Shown here: one piece after another, positions 33,789-45,067 of the stretch | How positions within the stretch are numbered: position 1 is the stretch's first letter | How the letters are laid out: every line of letters begins with the position of its first letter | Origin: TPA_inf: Saccharomyces | Lineage: Eukaryota | Length of the DNA stretch: 64,000 nt | Reading direction: 5' to 3' | Assembly: GCA_000146045.2 (NCBI GenBank) | Contig: BK006945.2 | Location: 896,001 to 960,000, forward strand | The notes under the pieces: model-generated | The model's database searches: none | What the model saw: the letters and a program-made list of their open reading frames with translations, nothing else | What the model was told of the DNA's origin: nothing | Made by a program: the position numbers and the translations under genes

Positions 33789-34892
33789 ATGCACACAATG
33801 CATATTCCATCCGGTGATGTTCTGATACCGAAGCCGAAGCTTATTACTGAAGAAACAGATCCACTGCATATAATAAAGACGAGGCAAAAGACACATGGTC
33901 GGCCCGTGACCATTGCAGGCCCAATGGTTCGGTATTCCAAGTTACCATTCCGTCAGTTGTGCCGAGAATATAACGTTGATATAGTTTACTCCCCCATGAT
34001 TTTGGCAAGAGAATATGTCCGTAATGAGCATGCAAGAATCTCAGACCTTTCTACAAATAATGAGGACACCCCGCTAATCGTCCAAGTAGGTGTAAATAAC
34101 GTGGCTGATTTACTAAAATTTGTGGAAATGGTTGCCCCATACTGTGATGGTATTGGTATTAACTGTGGTTGTCCTATAAAGGAACAAATCCGAGAGGGCA
34201 TAGGTTGCGCTCTGATATACAATTCAGATTTGTTATGCAGTATGGTCCATGCTGTGAAAGATAAGTATGGCGACAAACTAAGAATTGAAACGAAAATAAG
34301 AATACATGAGGCATTGGACGAGACGGTGGAGTTATGTAGAAAGCTATGTGATGCTGGGGTAGATTGGATTACGATTCATGGCCGAACACGTAGAACTAGG
34401 TCATCGCAGCCGGCTAACCTGGATGCGATAAAATATATCATCGAGAACATCAGCGACAAAAATGTGCCTGTAATAGCGAATGGGGATTGTTTTAAGTTAT
34501 CCGATTTGGAAAGAATCACCAAATACACTGGTGCACATGGTGTCATGGCTGTGCGTGGGTTGTTAAGCAATCCAGCGTTATTTGCTGGATATACTACCTG
34601 CCCTTGGGGCTGCATTGAGAAGTTTTGTTATTGGGCTCTAGAGTTTGGTGGCTTGCCTTTTCAATTGGCTCAGCACCATCTGTACTGTATGCTTGAAAAT
34701 ATGGAGTTGAAGAAATCTCTGTTAAAGAAAATGATGAATCTTAAAAATTACATTAGTCTGATCGACTGGTTTAATAAAACCTTTGAGTTCAAGCGTTACG
34801 GCGAGGATGGATTTGGCATGGGCGTTGAAATTCCTTATAAAGCTAATAGCTGTGTGCAGAGGAGCGCCTCAGTGGTTGAGAGACAAGAATGA
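33789..34892 (+). CDS. DUS4: DUS4, a tRNA dihydrouridine synthase, 367 aa
   Basis: DUS fold with GPMVRYSKLPFR, the catalytic-Cys region GINCGCP and ITIHGRTR. 367 aa. Confidence 0.9.
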   Translation: MHTMHIPSGDVLIPKPKLITEETDPLHIIKTRQKTHGRPVTIAGPMVRYSKLPFRQLCREYNVDIVYSPMILAREYVRNEHARISDLSTNNEDTPLIVQVGVNNVADLLKFVEMVAPYCDGIGINCGCPIKEQIREGIGCALIYNSDLLCSMVHAVKDKYGDKLRIETKIRIHEALDETVELCRKLCDAGVDWITIHGRTRRTRSSQPANLDAIKYIIENISDKNVPVIANGDCFKLSDLERITKYTGAHGVMAVRGLLSNPALFAGYTTCPWGCIEKFCYWALEFGGLPFQLAQHHLYCMLENMELKKSLLKKMMNLKNYISLIDWFNKTFEFKRYGEDGFGMGVEIPYKANSCVQRSASVVERQE

Positions 34893-35064
34893 ATAAATTT
34901 TGAATTACAAAAATCTAATAAACTGTGGTACTGAAATTGTATATATTTTCCTATCATTCAAGAGCGTATACTCGTACCCCGAAAGCAGCTCTGTTTGTGT
35001 AATAATATAACCTAAAAGAAATAAAATGCTTATAAGATGGACATTATTTTTTTTTTTTTACAAT

Positions 35065-35755
35065 TTAAGCATCTTCTTCAACGACAACGGTTTGTAGACC
35101 CTTAGCAGAGGCAACCAAAACTGGTTCGACGTAGGAAAACAATGGGTTCTTGGCATCTTCTTCTTCGTTTCTCTTTCTGGAGATTCTCAATCTCAATCTG
35201 TATTCAACACCCTTAACACCTCTTTTCCAGATAGCTTGGTTCAATTCTGGGGCTAGACGGACATCTTCAGTACCCATGTGTAATTTGGCGAATTTCTTGA
35301 TTTCCTTCACAGCTCTTGGAGCTCTCTTTTTGAAACTGACACCATGTAGCTATATTAATATCAATTCAAGATTGGTCTGTTAGTAAAAAAAAAGTTGTTA
35401 TAAGAAGGTGGAACTAAAGCATCACGCCAAAAACATCGGCCCAAGCGCCATTATAGTGTAAACGTGAGGTACGGATATCGATCGCAGAACACAGAGAAAT
35501 GCAGTACCGAAGAAGAACCTTCCAGTCCTTGCATCACGCATTCCATATAATAACCTCTAATATTCCGAATTAAAACCTGGGGTCAATCATTGGAAAATGA
35601 AATTTCACCCGTATAGATTTCGCTTGGTATTTCACCACAATATCGCTTGTTGGCTTTCAATAATTTCCCACGTAAAGACAACGCTAATTTCGACATACTC
35701 TTTTGTGCAAGTTGATGGTGTATTCACGAGTGACAACGTCTTTTAAACCGGCCAT
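35065..35755 (-). CDS. RPL31B: RPL31B, ribosomal protein L31 (eL31), a two-exon gene: exon 1 35755..35699 (19 codons), intron 35698..35350, exon 2 35349..35065; 113 aa spliced
   Basis: Exon 1 encodes MAGLKDVVTREYTINLHKR and ends at the 5' splice site GTATGT (35698-35693, minus strand). The branch point TACTAAC is the reverse complement of 35379-35385. The 3' splice site TATAG is followed by exon 2, LHGVSFKKRAPRAVKEIKKFAKLHMGT..., up to the stop at 35065. The spliced product is 113 aa of eL31. Confidence 0.92.
35350..35698 (-). other. RPL31B: Spliceosomal intron of RPL31B (349 nt, phase 0)
   Basis: GTATGT...TACTAAC...(28 nt)...TAG on the minus strand, with canonical yeast spacing. Removing it joins two eL31 reading-frame segments seamlessly. 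Confidence 0.9.
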
Positions 35756-36252
35756 TTTCAAGTACTTTGGATTATCTGCTCGTGCAATTGAAATATACTA
35801 AGACCCAAGACTATGTAAAACTAAGGAACCTATCAACAATGAGACTGGTCAAATAATAGAGTAAACATGTACATGAAGCACTACCATCAGAAAGAGCTTA
35901 CAAGGTTACGAAACAACGTCAGTGCCCTCTGTCGCATTACCCTCGGTTTCGCGCCCTTCCAGTTGGCATTTGAAGTGCCAATCCAATTGTGAGCACATCC
36001 AACTAGCGTGCCCTTGCAATCCCAGAGGACACCATACAACTTCCAGCCTAGTAGTGAACTTACCAGGCGAGGAGCGCGGGCGCCAGAGGGCAGCTCATCT
36101 GCGTTCCGGCTCTAACGAGAAGGGCGGAAATGGCACCATCACCTGAAAAAGAACGTAATCTAGGCTGAGCCGCGCCTTTAAGTTTTTGTCGCATCTGGCT
36201 GCGCTTCATTTAAACGGCACTCCTAAAAAATTGTATGAGGTGATTTTTTTTG

Positions 36253-36316
36253 TGTACAGATGTACGGATGTACGGATGTACGGATGTATACTATGTAATA
36301 ATGCACGGATGTAGAG
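36253..36316 (-). promoter_or_regulatory. Cluster of overlapping Rap1 binding sites (RPG boxes) about 500-560 bp upstream of the RPL31B ATG
   Basis: The plus strand carries the tandem octamer ATGTACGG x3 (36259-36282) with degenerate flanking copies. Read on the RPL31B strand this gives ACATCCGTACAT x3, the classical ribosomal-protein-gene Rap1 motif. Confidence 0.7.
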
Positions 36317-36966
36317 AAACAGAAACGAGGATAATAAAATCGGTTTTTGTATCATCTGGCGGCGATATGGCGCAAGGCTTTAAGTAAACGTCCTATATGG
36401 TACTAACGGGGTTTTATTCCGAATCAAAAGAAAAAGAGATACGAAGTCTCTCTTAGTAAAAAAGTCTTTATGGAAGATTATCGATAATTCGATAATTCTA
36501 CCGACAACAGTGGTTTTGTTTGGCTCAGCAAACGTGCAGCACCATGATCTTGGTAGATTTCTTCTTTACCCTCACCTTCCCCACACCATGTTTGCTTGCT
36601 ACCCGTGTGTAATGCTATCAGCGCGCGTTTCTTTTTTTTTCTTGCTAACATTTTTCAACTTTAAAATGAAACGATGCATGAGTGATAGAGGCATTGAACT
36701 TTAGTAAACAATAGAAATAACCATCGGAGTTATTATTTTTTTCTGCTTATTCTTTGGTCGCAAAAAAGTGTGTTGTATAATTCTTTGGAATATTTATAAA
36801 AACAGGGAATACTCTAACAACAAACGCTAGTGCTTAGCTACTCTTCCGCTGGTACTTCAATATAGCTTGTCACATATTTTTGTCCATTAAGGTCGTTAAA
36901 ACCCGAATAATTTTGTACGATCAGTTTAGTAAAAGAAATACAGTATTCAAAAGCTAACGGTTTATT

Positions 36967-37653
36967 ATGACTGTTTCTACTTCCAAGACCCCAAAAAAGA
37001 ATATTAAGTATACCTTAACACATACTTTACAAAAATGGAAAGAAACTTTAAAGAAAATTACCCACGAAACGTTGAGTAGTATCGATGACTCTAGTGGAAG
37101 CGATGAAAAAATAGAGGCTCTGTTTACTGTGTCTCAGCCTGCCGTCGTAGCCTCCAAGGGTATAGACAGAGATAGTGGTGCTTCTATGTCGCAGGTAGGA
37201 GGAGGTGTCAATAGTACATTGGAGATGAAGCTCACAGATGAGAGTGAGGAATCTAGCTCTGCTAATAACACGACCACAACCGCCTCGCATACTCTATCGA
37301 ATTCGAAGAAGTCTACGCAGAACTTTGAAAACTATAACGTAGTGGAGGAACGCATAAAATTAGCACAGAAAAGTAAGGCGCCGTTTTGTAACGCTGAGAA
37401 AATCTGGAAACGAAGAAGACAACTCTGGACACAACCCACTGAGCAAAGTGAAAGCGCCAATAATGACGGAGTTACTCGAAGGGAGATTTTCCAAGCTATA
37501 CCTCAGGAATATTATGCTCGAGTTTACAAGAAACTGGTGGTAGATGATAAGCCATTGAGAGAGCCTCTAAATCTGGAAGATGCTTTACAAGTCATAAATG
37601 CAGGCTGGACGGAAACGAGAAAGTGGGCTAATGCTGCCAAGGGCATGCCATGA
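36967..37653 (+). CDS. Uncharacterized 228-aa Ser-rich protein (YLR407W-like)
   Basis: 228-aa ORF in the expected position between RPL31B and BLS1, with no domain I recognise. Confidence 0.7.
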   Translation: MTVSTSKTPKKNIKYTLTHTLQKWKETLKKITHETLSSIDDSSGSDEKIEALFTVSQPAVVASKGIDRDSGASMSQVGGGVNSTLEMKLTDESEESSSANNTTTTASHTLSNSKKSTQNFENYNVVEERIKLAQKSKAPFCNAEKIWKRRRQLWTQPTEQSESANNDGVTRREIFQAIPQEYYARVYKKLVVDDKPLREPLNLEDALQVINAGWTETRKWANAAKGMP

Positions 37654-37884
37654 CTGAGTGTCGACGTCCTTTTTGTTTTGCCTTATAGCATCTTTTCCTT
37701 TCTTCAAATTTGCATTACACAACTTTAACTCAGTTAAAGAACTTCGTCATTTACTTATTCTTCTTTTTTTTCTTACCCTTCTTTCTCAAATCTTATTTCT
37801 GTATAAAATACGTATTGATTCATTCCATTAATAATAACATATAATAATAGTACTAATTTAAAAACATTGAATATATTTATCGTT

Positions 37885-38253
37885 TTATTTCGAGTTGCGA
37901 TTCTTTTCTATCAGTTGGTACGTCATTTCAAGGATTCGGAGATCCCTATCCACAAGCTCTGCTTCCTTTTGTAATGCTTCGGTATGCCCCATATACGGAG
38001 TGTACTTTTCCAACATATAGTTAATAGGAGAAACACACTTATTTTTAAATGAGTCGTCATGAAGTCGCAATAACTTCTTCAACTGTACATTTAAAATATA
38101 TGATTGATTATTTTCAATTTCTTGCAAAGTCTTCGAGGCTTCTGTTCTATGCGGAGAGTTGATTATTTTGTCGAGTAATCGGTCAAGTTCTTCAGACCTG
38201 TTTGGCATTTTTACGATTATCCAGTTCACACACATTGAGAATGTAAGGAACAT
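37885..38253 (-). CDS. BLS1: BLS1, a BLOC-1 complex subunit, 122 aa
   Basis: 122-aa ORF in the expected position (YLR408C). Confidence 0.75.
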
Positions 38254-38413
38254 TTATTTATTGTCGATCATTTATTAAATGTGGGAGGGACCCTTTAAGA
38301 ACACTGCAACAAACCCAATAAATAATTCTTGGTTACCCTCTCAAAAAACATCATAGGAAAAAGAAAAATATACAATCTGCCTTTGTTACTAATATACTTG
38401 TTCTATATAATGC

Positions 38414-41233
38414 TCACGCGGTGGTCACAAAAGCTGCCACTCCCATGCAAAACTTCACAAGATCATCTAATCTGTCTTCCTTCTTATGTACATCCTCCCA
38501 ATTTTGAAGAGCAGAGGCAATATCTTGATTCTTGTTGTTAGCATGAATAACATCACCGTGTGCCTTAAACAGTAAGCTCATAAACGTTTCATAAAGTTCG
38601 AAATTTTTATTGCTCTTCAACCCCTGTGTTAACGCGTCGATAAACCACACAATTTCATCAAATGGCTCAAAGGAATTCAATGATCTTATCTCCAAATCCA
38701 CTGCAGCAGGTGAGAAATTTATTAGAGTGGCCAGCAATGATGAATAGTCCTTGGATTGTGAGCCCTCTCGTAATTGCTTTGTGAAATGTGATTCAAACCC
38801 TAATCTTCCTGTAACTTTGAATTTATTCATTTGCTCTTCTGCATCTAACTTCTTTTGTGCTTCTTGATCTCTGCGATGGATTTCTTCTGGTGTTTCATGT
38901 GCTATGCCTTCTCTGACAGAGGCTTCATCCCCAACCTTTTCCCCAGATAGTTGCAAGAAAAATGGAAGCTTTTCTGATTTCTTTGGAGCTTCCTTTGGCT
39001 TAGAACGTTTTCTGATAACATCTAAATGAAGCAATGTGTTCATTTTACTTCTAGGTCCTATTGATAAAGTCAACAGCTCCTTATCAATCTGTTCCAATGA
39101 TGTATAAGTGTTGAAATCAATATCATTTAGGTCTTCTCCTCCATTGCTTTCTAAAGCCCCTGATAACATCGAGTCGTTCCCTCGAACAGATGTGCTAGGT
39201 AACGCCATTCTTGCAAATTCAGACTCATCGATGGTTCTTGTCGATACTGTCTTAAATTGTGCTCTGTTCGTCCAGATGCATATACCATTACCAGTAACAT
39301 GGGTAGTGGCAAGCAAGTCACCATTCGGAGAAAACTTTACATTCGTAGCGACATTATCTACTATGATACCATCGATACATCCTCCGGTTGGAAGATCCCA
39401 CGTTCTAATGGTGGAATCTAGAGAAGCGGAAACAATCCAACGGCCCTCAGGTGAGAAATCAAATGCAGTTATTCTATTACTATGACCCCATAATTGACGA
39501 ACAACTCTTTGAGTAACTGCGTCAATAACAACAATTGATAAGTCGTCTAAAGCCAATGCAAATAGATCGGAAGAACGATGATAAACCATTGCGGTAATAG
39601 GTGCATCCAATTTCAATTTTCCCAACAAGGTTGACTTGTTAAAGTCATAAAAACCAACAATACCGTCTAGTCCACAAGAAACCATTTTACGATTCATACC
39701 ATCTAAGGATATACCGGTGACTGCTCTTTTGTGCAATTTGTATTTTTTACGGAGTATACCACTTTGCATATTATAGATGGTGATAGAGCCGTTAGAAGAA
39801 CCGATGAATCCAAAATTACCACATTGCGACATGGCCACAGATTTAACAAATCCATCATCAGTAGTATCAAAAGTCCACCTGCCAACTCTTTTATTTCGCA
39901 TATCCCAGGTTCTTGCAAACTTTTCATCTTTATGTGCAGTGATAATGTTTTCCCATTCACCTATTCTGGCATTTTCAATTGCAAGAGCCACTATTTCAGG
40001 AAATTTAGACTTAATTGTACTACCACCTACCCTGCCGCCATCTTGTTTCTTGTGTAACCTTTGTGACATTTCTTGCGACTGTGCATCTTTACGCAGAGAA
40101 AAGCTCCATAATGATCTATCTTTGGATGCTGATAGCATGAAGTGTGATTGCGAATCAGCAAACGCAATGTATGAAGGTGGTTGAGAATGACCCCCTCTGG
40201 AACGTAGATATCTTGGCGGTTGAACAACTACATCACCGCTTCCTTGAGATAATGACGGATCGAAAACGTACTCCTTCAGGGAATTGTCACCACCTGATGT
40301 AACAATAATGGGTTGACCATTTAAAAAAGTAGCCTGAGTGACACCACCGTACGATTCTCTATGAATGTTCTTCAAAACGTGTATTCTTGAACGGCGATCT
40401 AAATCATAAAATATTAGATCACCACTGCTCGTTCCCACACTCAAATGAGAAGAACCGTCGGTTCTGAAACTCAATGAGGAGATTCTTGATTGCGGAATCT
40501 TAATTGTGCGGATCCTTTTACCTTTTCTCATATTAAACATAATAACCTCACCGGTCACGGTACCTAGAGCAATAATATCCAGGACTGGAGCGGGTTCAGC
40601 AGTTGTGATTTGGTCTGGAAATTCGTTTGATGTGAATACAAGCTTCCCGGTTCTGACGTTAAAAAGTAAAACGTTAGATTTGGTAACGACAGTTAATTTA
40701 TTCAAATAAGTTGCCAAATGTTGTAAAGACACAATTTCGCCACCTTGAATTTCAGTAACGGTAAGTTTAGTGTAGAATTCTGATGGATATTTATCTTGCG
40801 GATCGGACTTCTTGTATATAAAGATGGAATTGTCGTCGGTGGAAGCGCAAAGATAATCTCCGAATATGCACAAATGTTCGACATTTGCATCAGTTTCTAG
40901 CTCAAGCAAATGTTCCTCAATACCCCTCTTGTAAATACCAACCTTGTTTTCATATGCTGCGTAGACGTAGTGAAAGTGTGCTGATAATGCTACAATTGAG
41001 GATGGTGTTTCTTTCTCGGAAACAAAAAGTAAATGTAAGGTATTCGCATCATATATCTGAAATGTTTTACCAACACACGTTACAATGTAAAAGGTAGATC
41101 CCAATGTACCAGTAGCAAAAGGAACACCATTGCTAACATTACCAATAATCCGGAAAGGGGAAAATATCTTAGAATTTTTCCCTCTACTTCTTACGTCTTC
41201 TTCGACTTTTCTTTTTTTCAAGTCGATAGACAT
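38414..41233 (-). CDS. UTP21: UTP21, a WD40-repeat subunit of the SSU processome (UTP-B), 939 aa
   Basis: Multiple WD40 repeats (e.g. ...WDL, ...WDM motifs) followed by a C-terminal Utp21 helical domain. 939 aa. Confidence 0.92.
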   Translation of the reverse strand: MSIDLKKRKVEEDVRSRGKNSKIFSPFRIIGNVSNGVPFATGTLGSTFYIVTCVGKTFQIYDANTLHLLFVSEKETPSSIVALSAHFHYVYAAYENKVGIYKRGIEEHLLELETDANVEHLCIFGDYLCASTDDNSIFIYKKSDPQDKYPSEFYTKLTVTEIQGGEIVSLQHLATYLNKLTVVTKSNVLLFNVRTGKLVFTSNEFPDQITTAEPAPVLDIIALGTVTGEVIMFNMRKGKRIRTIKIPQSRISSLSFRTDGSSHLSVGTSSGDLIFYDLDRRSRIHVLKNIHRESYGGVTQATFLNGQPIIVTSGGDNSLKEYVFDPSLSQGSGDVVVQPPRYLRSRGGHSQPPSYIAFADSQSHFMLSASKDRSLWSFSLRKDAQSQEMSQRLHKKQDGGRVGGSTIKSKFPEIVALAIENARIGEWENIITAHKDEKFARTWDMRNKRVGRWTFDTTDDGFVKSVAMSQCGNFGFIGSSNGSITIYNMQSGILRKKYKLHKRAVTGISLDGMNRKMVSCGLDGIVGFYDFNKSTLLGKLKLDAPITAMVYHRSSDLFALALDDLSIVVIDAVTQRVVRQLWGHSNRITAFDFSPEGRWIVSASLDSTIRTWDLPTGGCIDGIIVDNVATNVKFSPNGDLLATTHVTGNGICIWTNRAQFKTVSTRTIDESEFARMALPSTSVRGNDSMLSGALESNGGEDLNDIDFNTYTSLEQIDKELLTLSIGPRSKMNTLLHLDVIRKRSKPKEAPKKSEKLPFFLQLSGEKVGDEASVREGIAHETPEEIHRRDQEAQKKLDAEEQMNKFKVTGRLGFESHFTKQLREGSQSKDYSSLLATLINFSPAAVDLEIRSLNSFEPFDEIVWFIDALTQGLKSNKNFELYETFMSLLFKAHGDVIHANNKNQDIASALQNWEDVHKKEDRLDDLVKFCMGVAAFVTTA

Positions 41234-41540
41234 AATGTACTATTCCTAACTCGCTATAGCCTTTTCAGTGTCTTATTCCTTGCTGCTGTTTCGCTGTATA
41301 TTTATTGTGCTTAGGACTTATTAAATTTCATTAGCAATCTCATCGCGAAATTTTTCTCAAAATTTTTCAGTTAAAAAAAAAAAAGCACGTGCTCAAAAAT
41401 GTTTTTAGAAAATCATTTATTTAAGATAGGAAAAATGCAATTAATCATTGAATCAATATGTTCACCACTTAAATTACCCACTGAGCATTTCATACAAATT
41501 CAAAAGCATCTCGTAGCATATTAATATATTGCAGAAGGTC

Positions 41541-44500
41541 ATGAGTGGGATAAAGAAGGAACCGATTGAATCTGATGAGGTTCCTCAACAAGAGACAAAA
41601 AATAACTTACCTAGTGCACCTTCTGAGATGTCACCCCTTTTCCTAAACAAAAACACACAGAAGGCTATGCAATCTATTGCACCAATATTGGAGGGTTTCA
41701 GTCCTAAGACGTCAGCTAGCGAAAATATGTCTTTGAAATTGCCACCTCCCGGTATTCAAGATGATCACAGTGAAGAGAATCTCACCGTGCATGATACTCT
41801 GCAAAGAACCATAAGCACTGCACTAGGAAACGGAAACAACACCAATACAGTTACAACTTCCGGTTTAAAAAAGGCAGACAGTGAATCAAAGTCAGAAGCT
41901 GATCCTGAGGGGCTCAGCAATTCTAACATAGTCAATGATGCAGATAACATAAATTCCATCTCCAAGACCGGATCGCCCCATTTACCTCAAGGAACAATGG
42001 ACGCTGAGCAGACTAACATGGGAACTAACTCTGTACCTACTTCATCAGCTTCTTCACGCAAATCCTCGACTAGTCATCCCAAACCTAGGCTACCCAAGGT
42101 AGGGAAGATTGGGGTATGTGCAATGGATGCAAAAGTCCTTTCAAAGCCAATGAGACACATTTTGAATCGTTTAATTGAACATGGTGAATTTGAAACTGTC
42201 ATTTTTGGAGATAAGGTGATTCTAGATGAAAGAATAGAGAATTGGCCAACTTGCGACTTTTTGATATCTTTCTTTTCTTCAGGATTTCCCCTAGATAAAG
42301 CAATTAAATACGTCAAGTTACGCAAGCCTTTCATTATCAATGATTTAATAATGCAAAAGATTTTGTGGGACAGGAGATTATGTCTACAAGTATTAGAAGC
42401 CTACAACGTTCCAACACCTCCTAGACTGGAAATCAGTAGAGATGGTGGTCCCCGTGCCAACGAAGAATTAAGGGCAAAATTACGTGAGCATGGCGTAGAA
42501 GTTAAACCCGTTGAAGAACCGGAATGGAAAATGGTTGATGATGATACTTTAGAAGTTGATGGGAAAACCATGACTAAGCCCTTTGTTGAAAAGCCCGTTG
42601 ATGGTGAAGACCACAACATTTATATATACTATCATTCTAAGAACGGAGGAGGCGGTCGTCGTCTATTCCGTAAAGTTGGTAACAAGTCTTCTGAGTTTGA
42701 TCCTACTTTGGTTCATCCTCGTACGGAGGGGTCTTACATTTATGAGCAGTTTATGGATACCGATAATTTCGAAGATGTGAAGGCTTATACGATTGGTGAG
42801 AACTTTTGTCACGCTGAAACTAGGAAATCACCTGTGGTTGATGGTATAGTTAGAAGAAATACTCATGGTAAAGAAGTTAGATATATTACTGAGTTATCAG
42901 ACGAAGAGAAAACCATTGCTGGGAAAGTTTCCAAAGCTTTTTCACAAATGATCTGTGGTTTCGATTTGCTTCGCGTTTCTGGTAAAAGTTACGTCATTGA
43001 TGTTAACGGATTTTCTTTTGTAAAGGATAACAAAGCTTACTATGATTCATGCGCCAATATATTGAGAAGTACCTTCATTGAAGCCAAAAAGAAGATGGAT
43101 ATGGAAAAGAAGAATCTGCCCATTATTCGTGAAGAAAAGGAACAAAAGTGGGTATTCAAAGGACTGGCTATCATTATCCGTCACGCGGACAGAACACCAA
43201 AACAGAAATTCAAACATTCATTCACTTCGCCTATTTTTATATCGTTACTAAAAGGTCACAAAGAAGAAGTTGTCATTCGGAATGTAAATGATTTAAAGAT
43301 TGTTCTTCAGGCCTTAAGAATTGCGTTAGATGAAAAAGCAGGAAATCCAGCTAAAATTAAAGTGTTAGCAAACGCTCTAGAAAAGAAACTGAATTTTCCC
43401 GGTACGAAAATACAATTGAAACCGGTTTTAAATAAAGAGAACGAAGTGGAAAAAGTTCAGTTTATTTTGAAATGGGGTGGTGAACCCACTCATTCTGCCA
43501 AATATCAGGCTACGGAACTCGGAGAGCAAATGAGACAAGATTTTGACCTATTGAATAAGAGCATTCTACAAAACATCAAGATATTTTCATCGTCTGAGAG
43601 ACGTGTTCTTCATACGGCGCAGTACTGGACCAGAGCTCTTTTTGGGGCCGATGAATTAGGTAGCGATGAAATCAGTATTAGAAAGGATCTTTTAGATGAC
43701 AGTAATGCCGCCAAAGATTTAATGGATAAGGTGAAAAAGAAGTTGAAGCCACTTTTAAGAGAGGGTAAGGAAGCTCCCCCACAATTTGCCTGGCCTTCAA
43801 AGATGCCGGAGCCATATTTAGTCATAAAGCGAGTGGTTGAATTGATGAATTACCATAAAAAAATTATGGATAACAACTTTGCTAAAAAGGATGTCAACTC
43901 GATGCAAACAAGATGGTGTACTTCTGAAGATCCTAGTTTGTTTAAGGAAAGGTGGGATAAACTTTTCAAAGAATTCAATAATGCTGAAAAAGTCGATCCT
44001 TCTAAAATTTCTGAATTGTATGATACTATGAAGTATGATGCTCTTCACAACAGGCAGTTCCTAGAGAACATATTTGACCCGGGTCTTCCAAATGAAGCTA
44101 TCGCCGATGAACTCGGCAGTCATTCTTTAGTTGACCGATACCCAATTAACGTTCTCGCCAAAAATAATTTTAAGATAATAGACAGTCATAGCATGAACAA
44201 TTCTGGAAAGAACAGTAGTAATAGTGTTGGGTCGTTAGGATGGGTTCTGGAAAGCGGAAAAACATCTACAGCAAGAAACCCCAAATCTTCTTCTCAATTC
44301 GATGAGCCACGCTTTATGCAGTTGCGGGAGCTGTATAAGCTGGCCAAAGTATTGTTTGATTTTATCTGCCCCAAAGAATATGGTATTTCAGATGCAGAGA
44401 AACTGGATATCGGTTTGTTAACTTCGTTGCCTTTGGCAAAGCAAATACTAAATGATATAGGAGACATGAAAAATAGAGAAACTCCAGCTTGTGTTGCGTA

Positions 44501-44981
44501 CTTCACCAAAGAGTCCCATATTTACACTCTATTGAATATCATATACGAATCTGGTATTCCAATGAGAATCGCTAGAAATGCTTTACCAGAACTAGACTAC
44601 TTGTCGCAGATCACTTTTGAACTTTATGAGAGTACGGATGCTTCTGGTCAAAAATCGCATTCCATTAGACTAAAAATGTCTCCTGGGTGTCATACTCAAG
44701 ATCCGTTAGATGTTCAATTAGATGACAGGCATTATATTAGTTGTATTCCAAAGATTTCCCTGACGAAGCATTTGGATATGGACTATGTTCAACAGAAATT
44801 GAGAAACAAATTTACCAGGGTCATTATGCCTCCGAAATTTACACCAGTAAACATTACGAGCCCCAACTTGAGTTTCCAGAAACGCAAAACCAGAAGAAAG
44901 TCGGTATCTGTTGAGAAGTTGAAACGTCCTGCCTCGTCCGGATCTTCATCATCTACCTCCGTTAACAAGACATTAGATTAG
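41541..44981 (+). CDS. VIP1: VIP1, an inositol pyrophosphate (PP-InsP5) kinase with an ATP-grasp kinase domain plus a histidine-acid-phosphatase-like domain, 1146 aa from the ATG at 41541
   Basis: N-terminal RimK/ATP-grasp-like kinase region and a central histidine-phosphatase signature (IIRHADRTPKQK). The ORF is open from 41529 (1150 aa); I recall 1146 aa, which corresponds to the second ATG. Confidence 0.9.
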   Translation: MSGIKKEPIESDEVPQQETKNNLPSAPSEMSPLFLNKNTQKAMQSIAPILEGFSPKTSASENMSLKLPPPGIQDDHSEENLTVHDTLQRTISTALGNGNNTNTVTTSGLKKADSESKSEADPEGLSNSNIVNDADNINSISKTGSPHLPQGTMDAEQTNMGTNSVPTSSASSRKSSTSHPKPRLPKVGKIGVCAMDAKVLSKPMRHILNRLIEHGEFETVIFGDKVILDERIENWPTCDFLISFFSSGFPLDKAIKYVKLRKPFIINDLIMQKILWDRRLCLQVLEAYNVPTPPRLEISRDGGPRANEELRAKLREHGVEVKPVEEPEWKMVDDDTLEVDGKTMTKPFVEKPVDGEDHNIYIYYHSKNGGGGRRLFRKVGNKSSEFDPTLVHPRTEGSYIYEQFMDTDNFEDVKAYTIGENFCHAETRKSPVVDGIVRRNTHGKEVRYITELSDEEKTIAGKVSKAFSQMICGFDLLRVSGKSYVIDVNGFSFVKDNKAYYDSCANILRSTFIEAKKKMDMEKKNLPIIREEKEQKWVFKGLAIIIRHADRTPKQKFKHSFTSPIFISLLKGHKEEVVIRNVNDLKIVLQALRIALDEKAGNPAKIKVLANALEKKLNFPGTKIQLKPVLNKENEVEKVQFILKWGGEPTHSAKYQATELGEQMRQDFDLLNKSILQNIKIFSSSERRVLHTAQYWTRALFGADELGSDEISIRKDLLDDSNAAKDLMDKVKKKLKPLLREGKEAPPQFAWPSKMPEPYLVIKRVVELMNYHKKIMDNNFAKKDVNSMQTRWCTSEDPSLFKERWDKLFKEFNNAEKVDPSKISELYDTMKYDALHNRQFLENIFDPGLPNEAIADELGSHSLVDRYPINVLAKNNFKIIDSHSMNNSGKNSSNSVGSLGWVLESGKTSTARNPKSSSQFDEPRFMQLRELYKLAKVLFDFICPKEYGISDAEKLDIGLLTSLPLAKQILNDIGDMKNRETPACVAYFTKESHIYTLLNIIYESGIPMRIARNALPELDYLSQITFELYESTDASGQKSHSIRLKMSPGCHTQDPLDVQLDDRHYISCIPKISLTKHLDMDYVQQKLRNKFTRVIMPPKFTPVNITSPNLSFQKRKTRRKSVSVEKLKRPASSGSSSSTSVNKTLD

Positions 44982-45067
44982 TGATCACACCCAATTTTTA
45001 ATTTAGTAACCCAAAACTAAATAAGTATTTACTCAACTTTTTTTTAAAAAAAAAAAACTTAATTGAA

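Noticed and set aside
36241-36320. Short tandem repeat considered as a CRISPR-like or satellite array
   Set aside because: This is a eukaryotic genome. The unit is only 8 bp with 3-4 copies, and it matches the Rap1 site consensus, so it is reported as a regulatory element instead.
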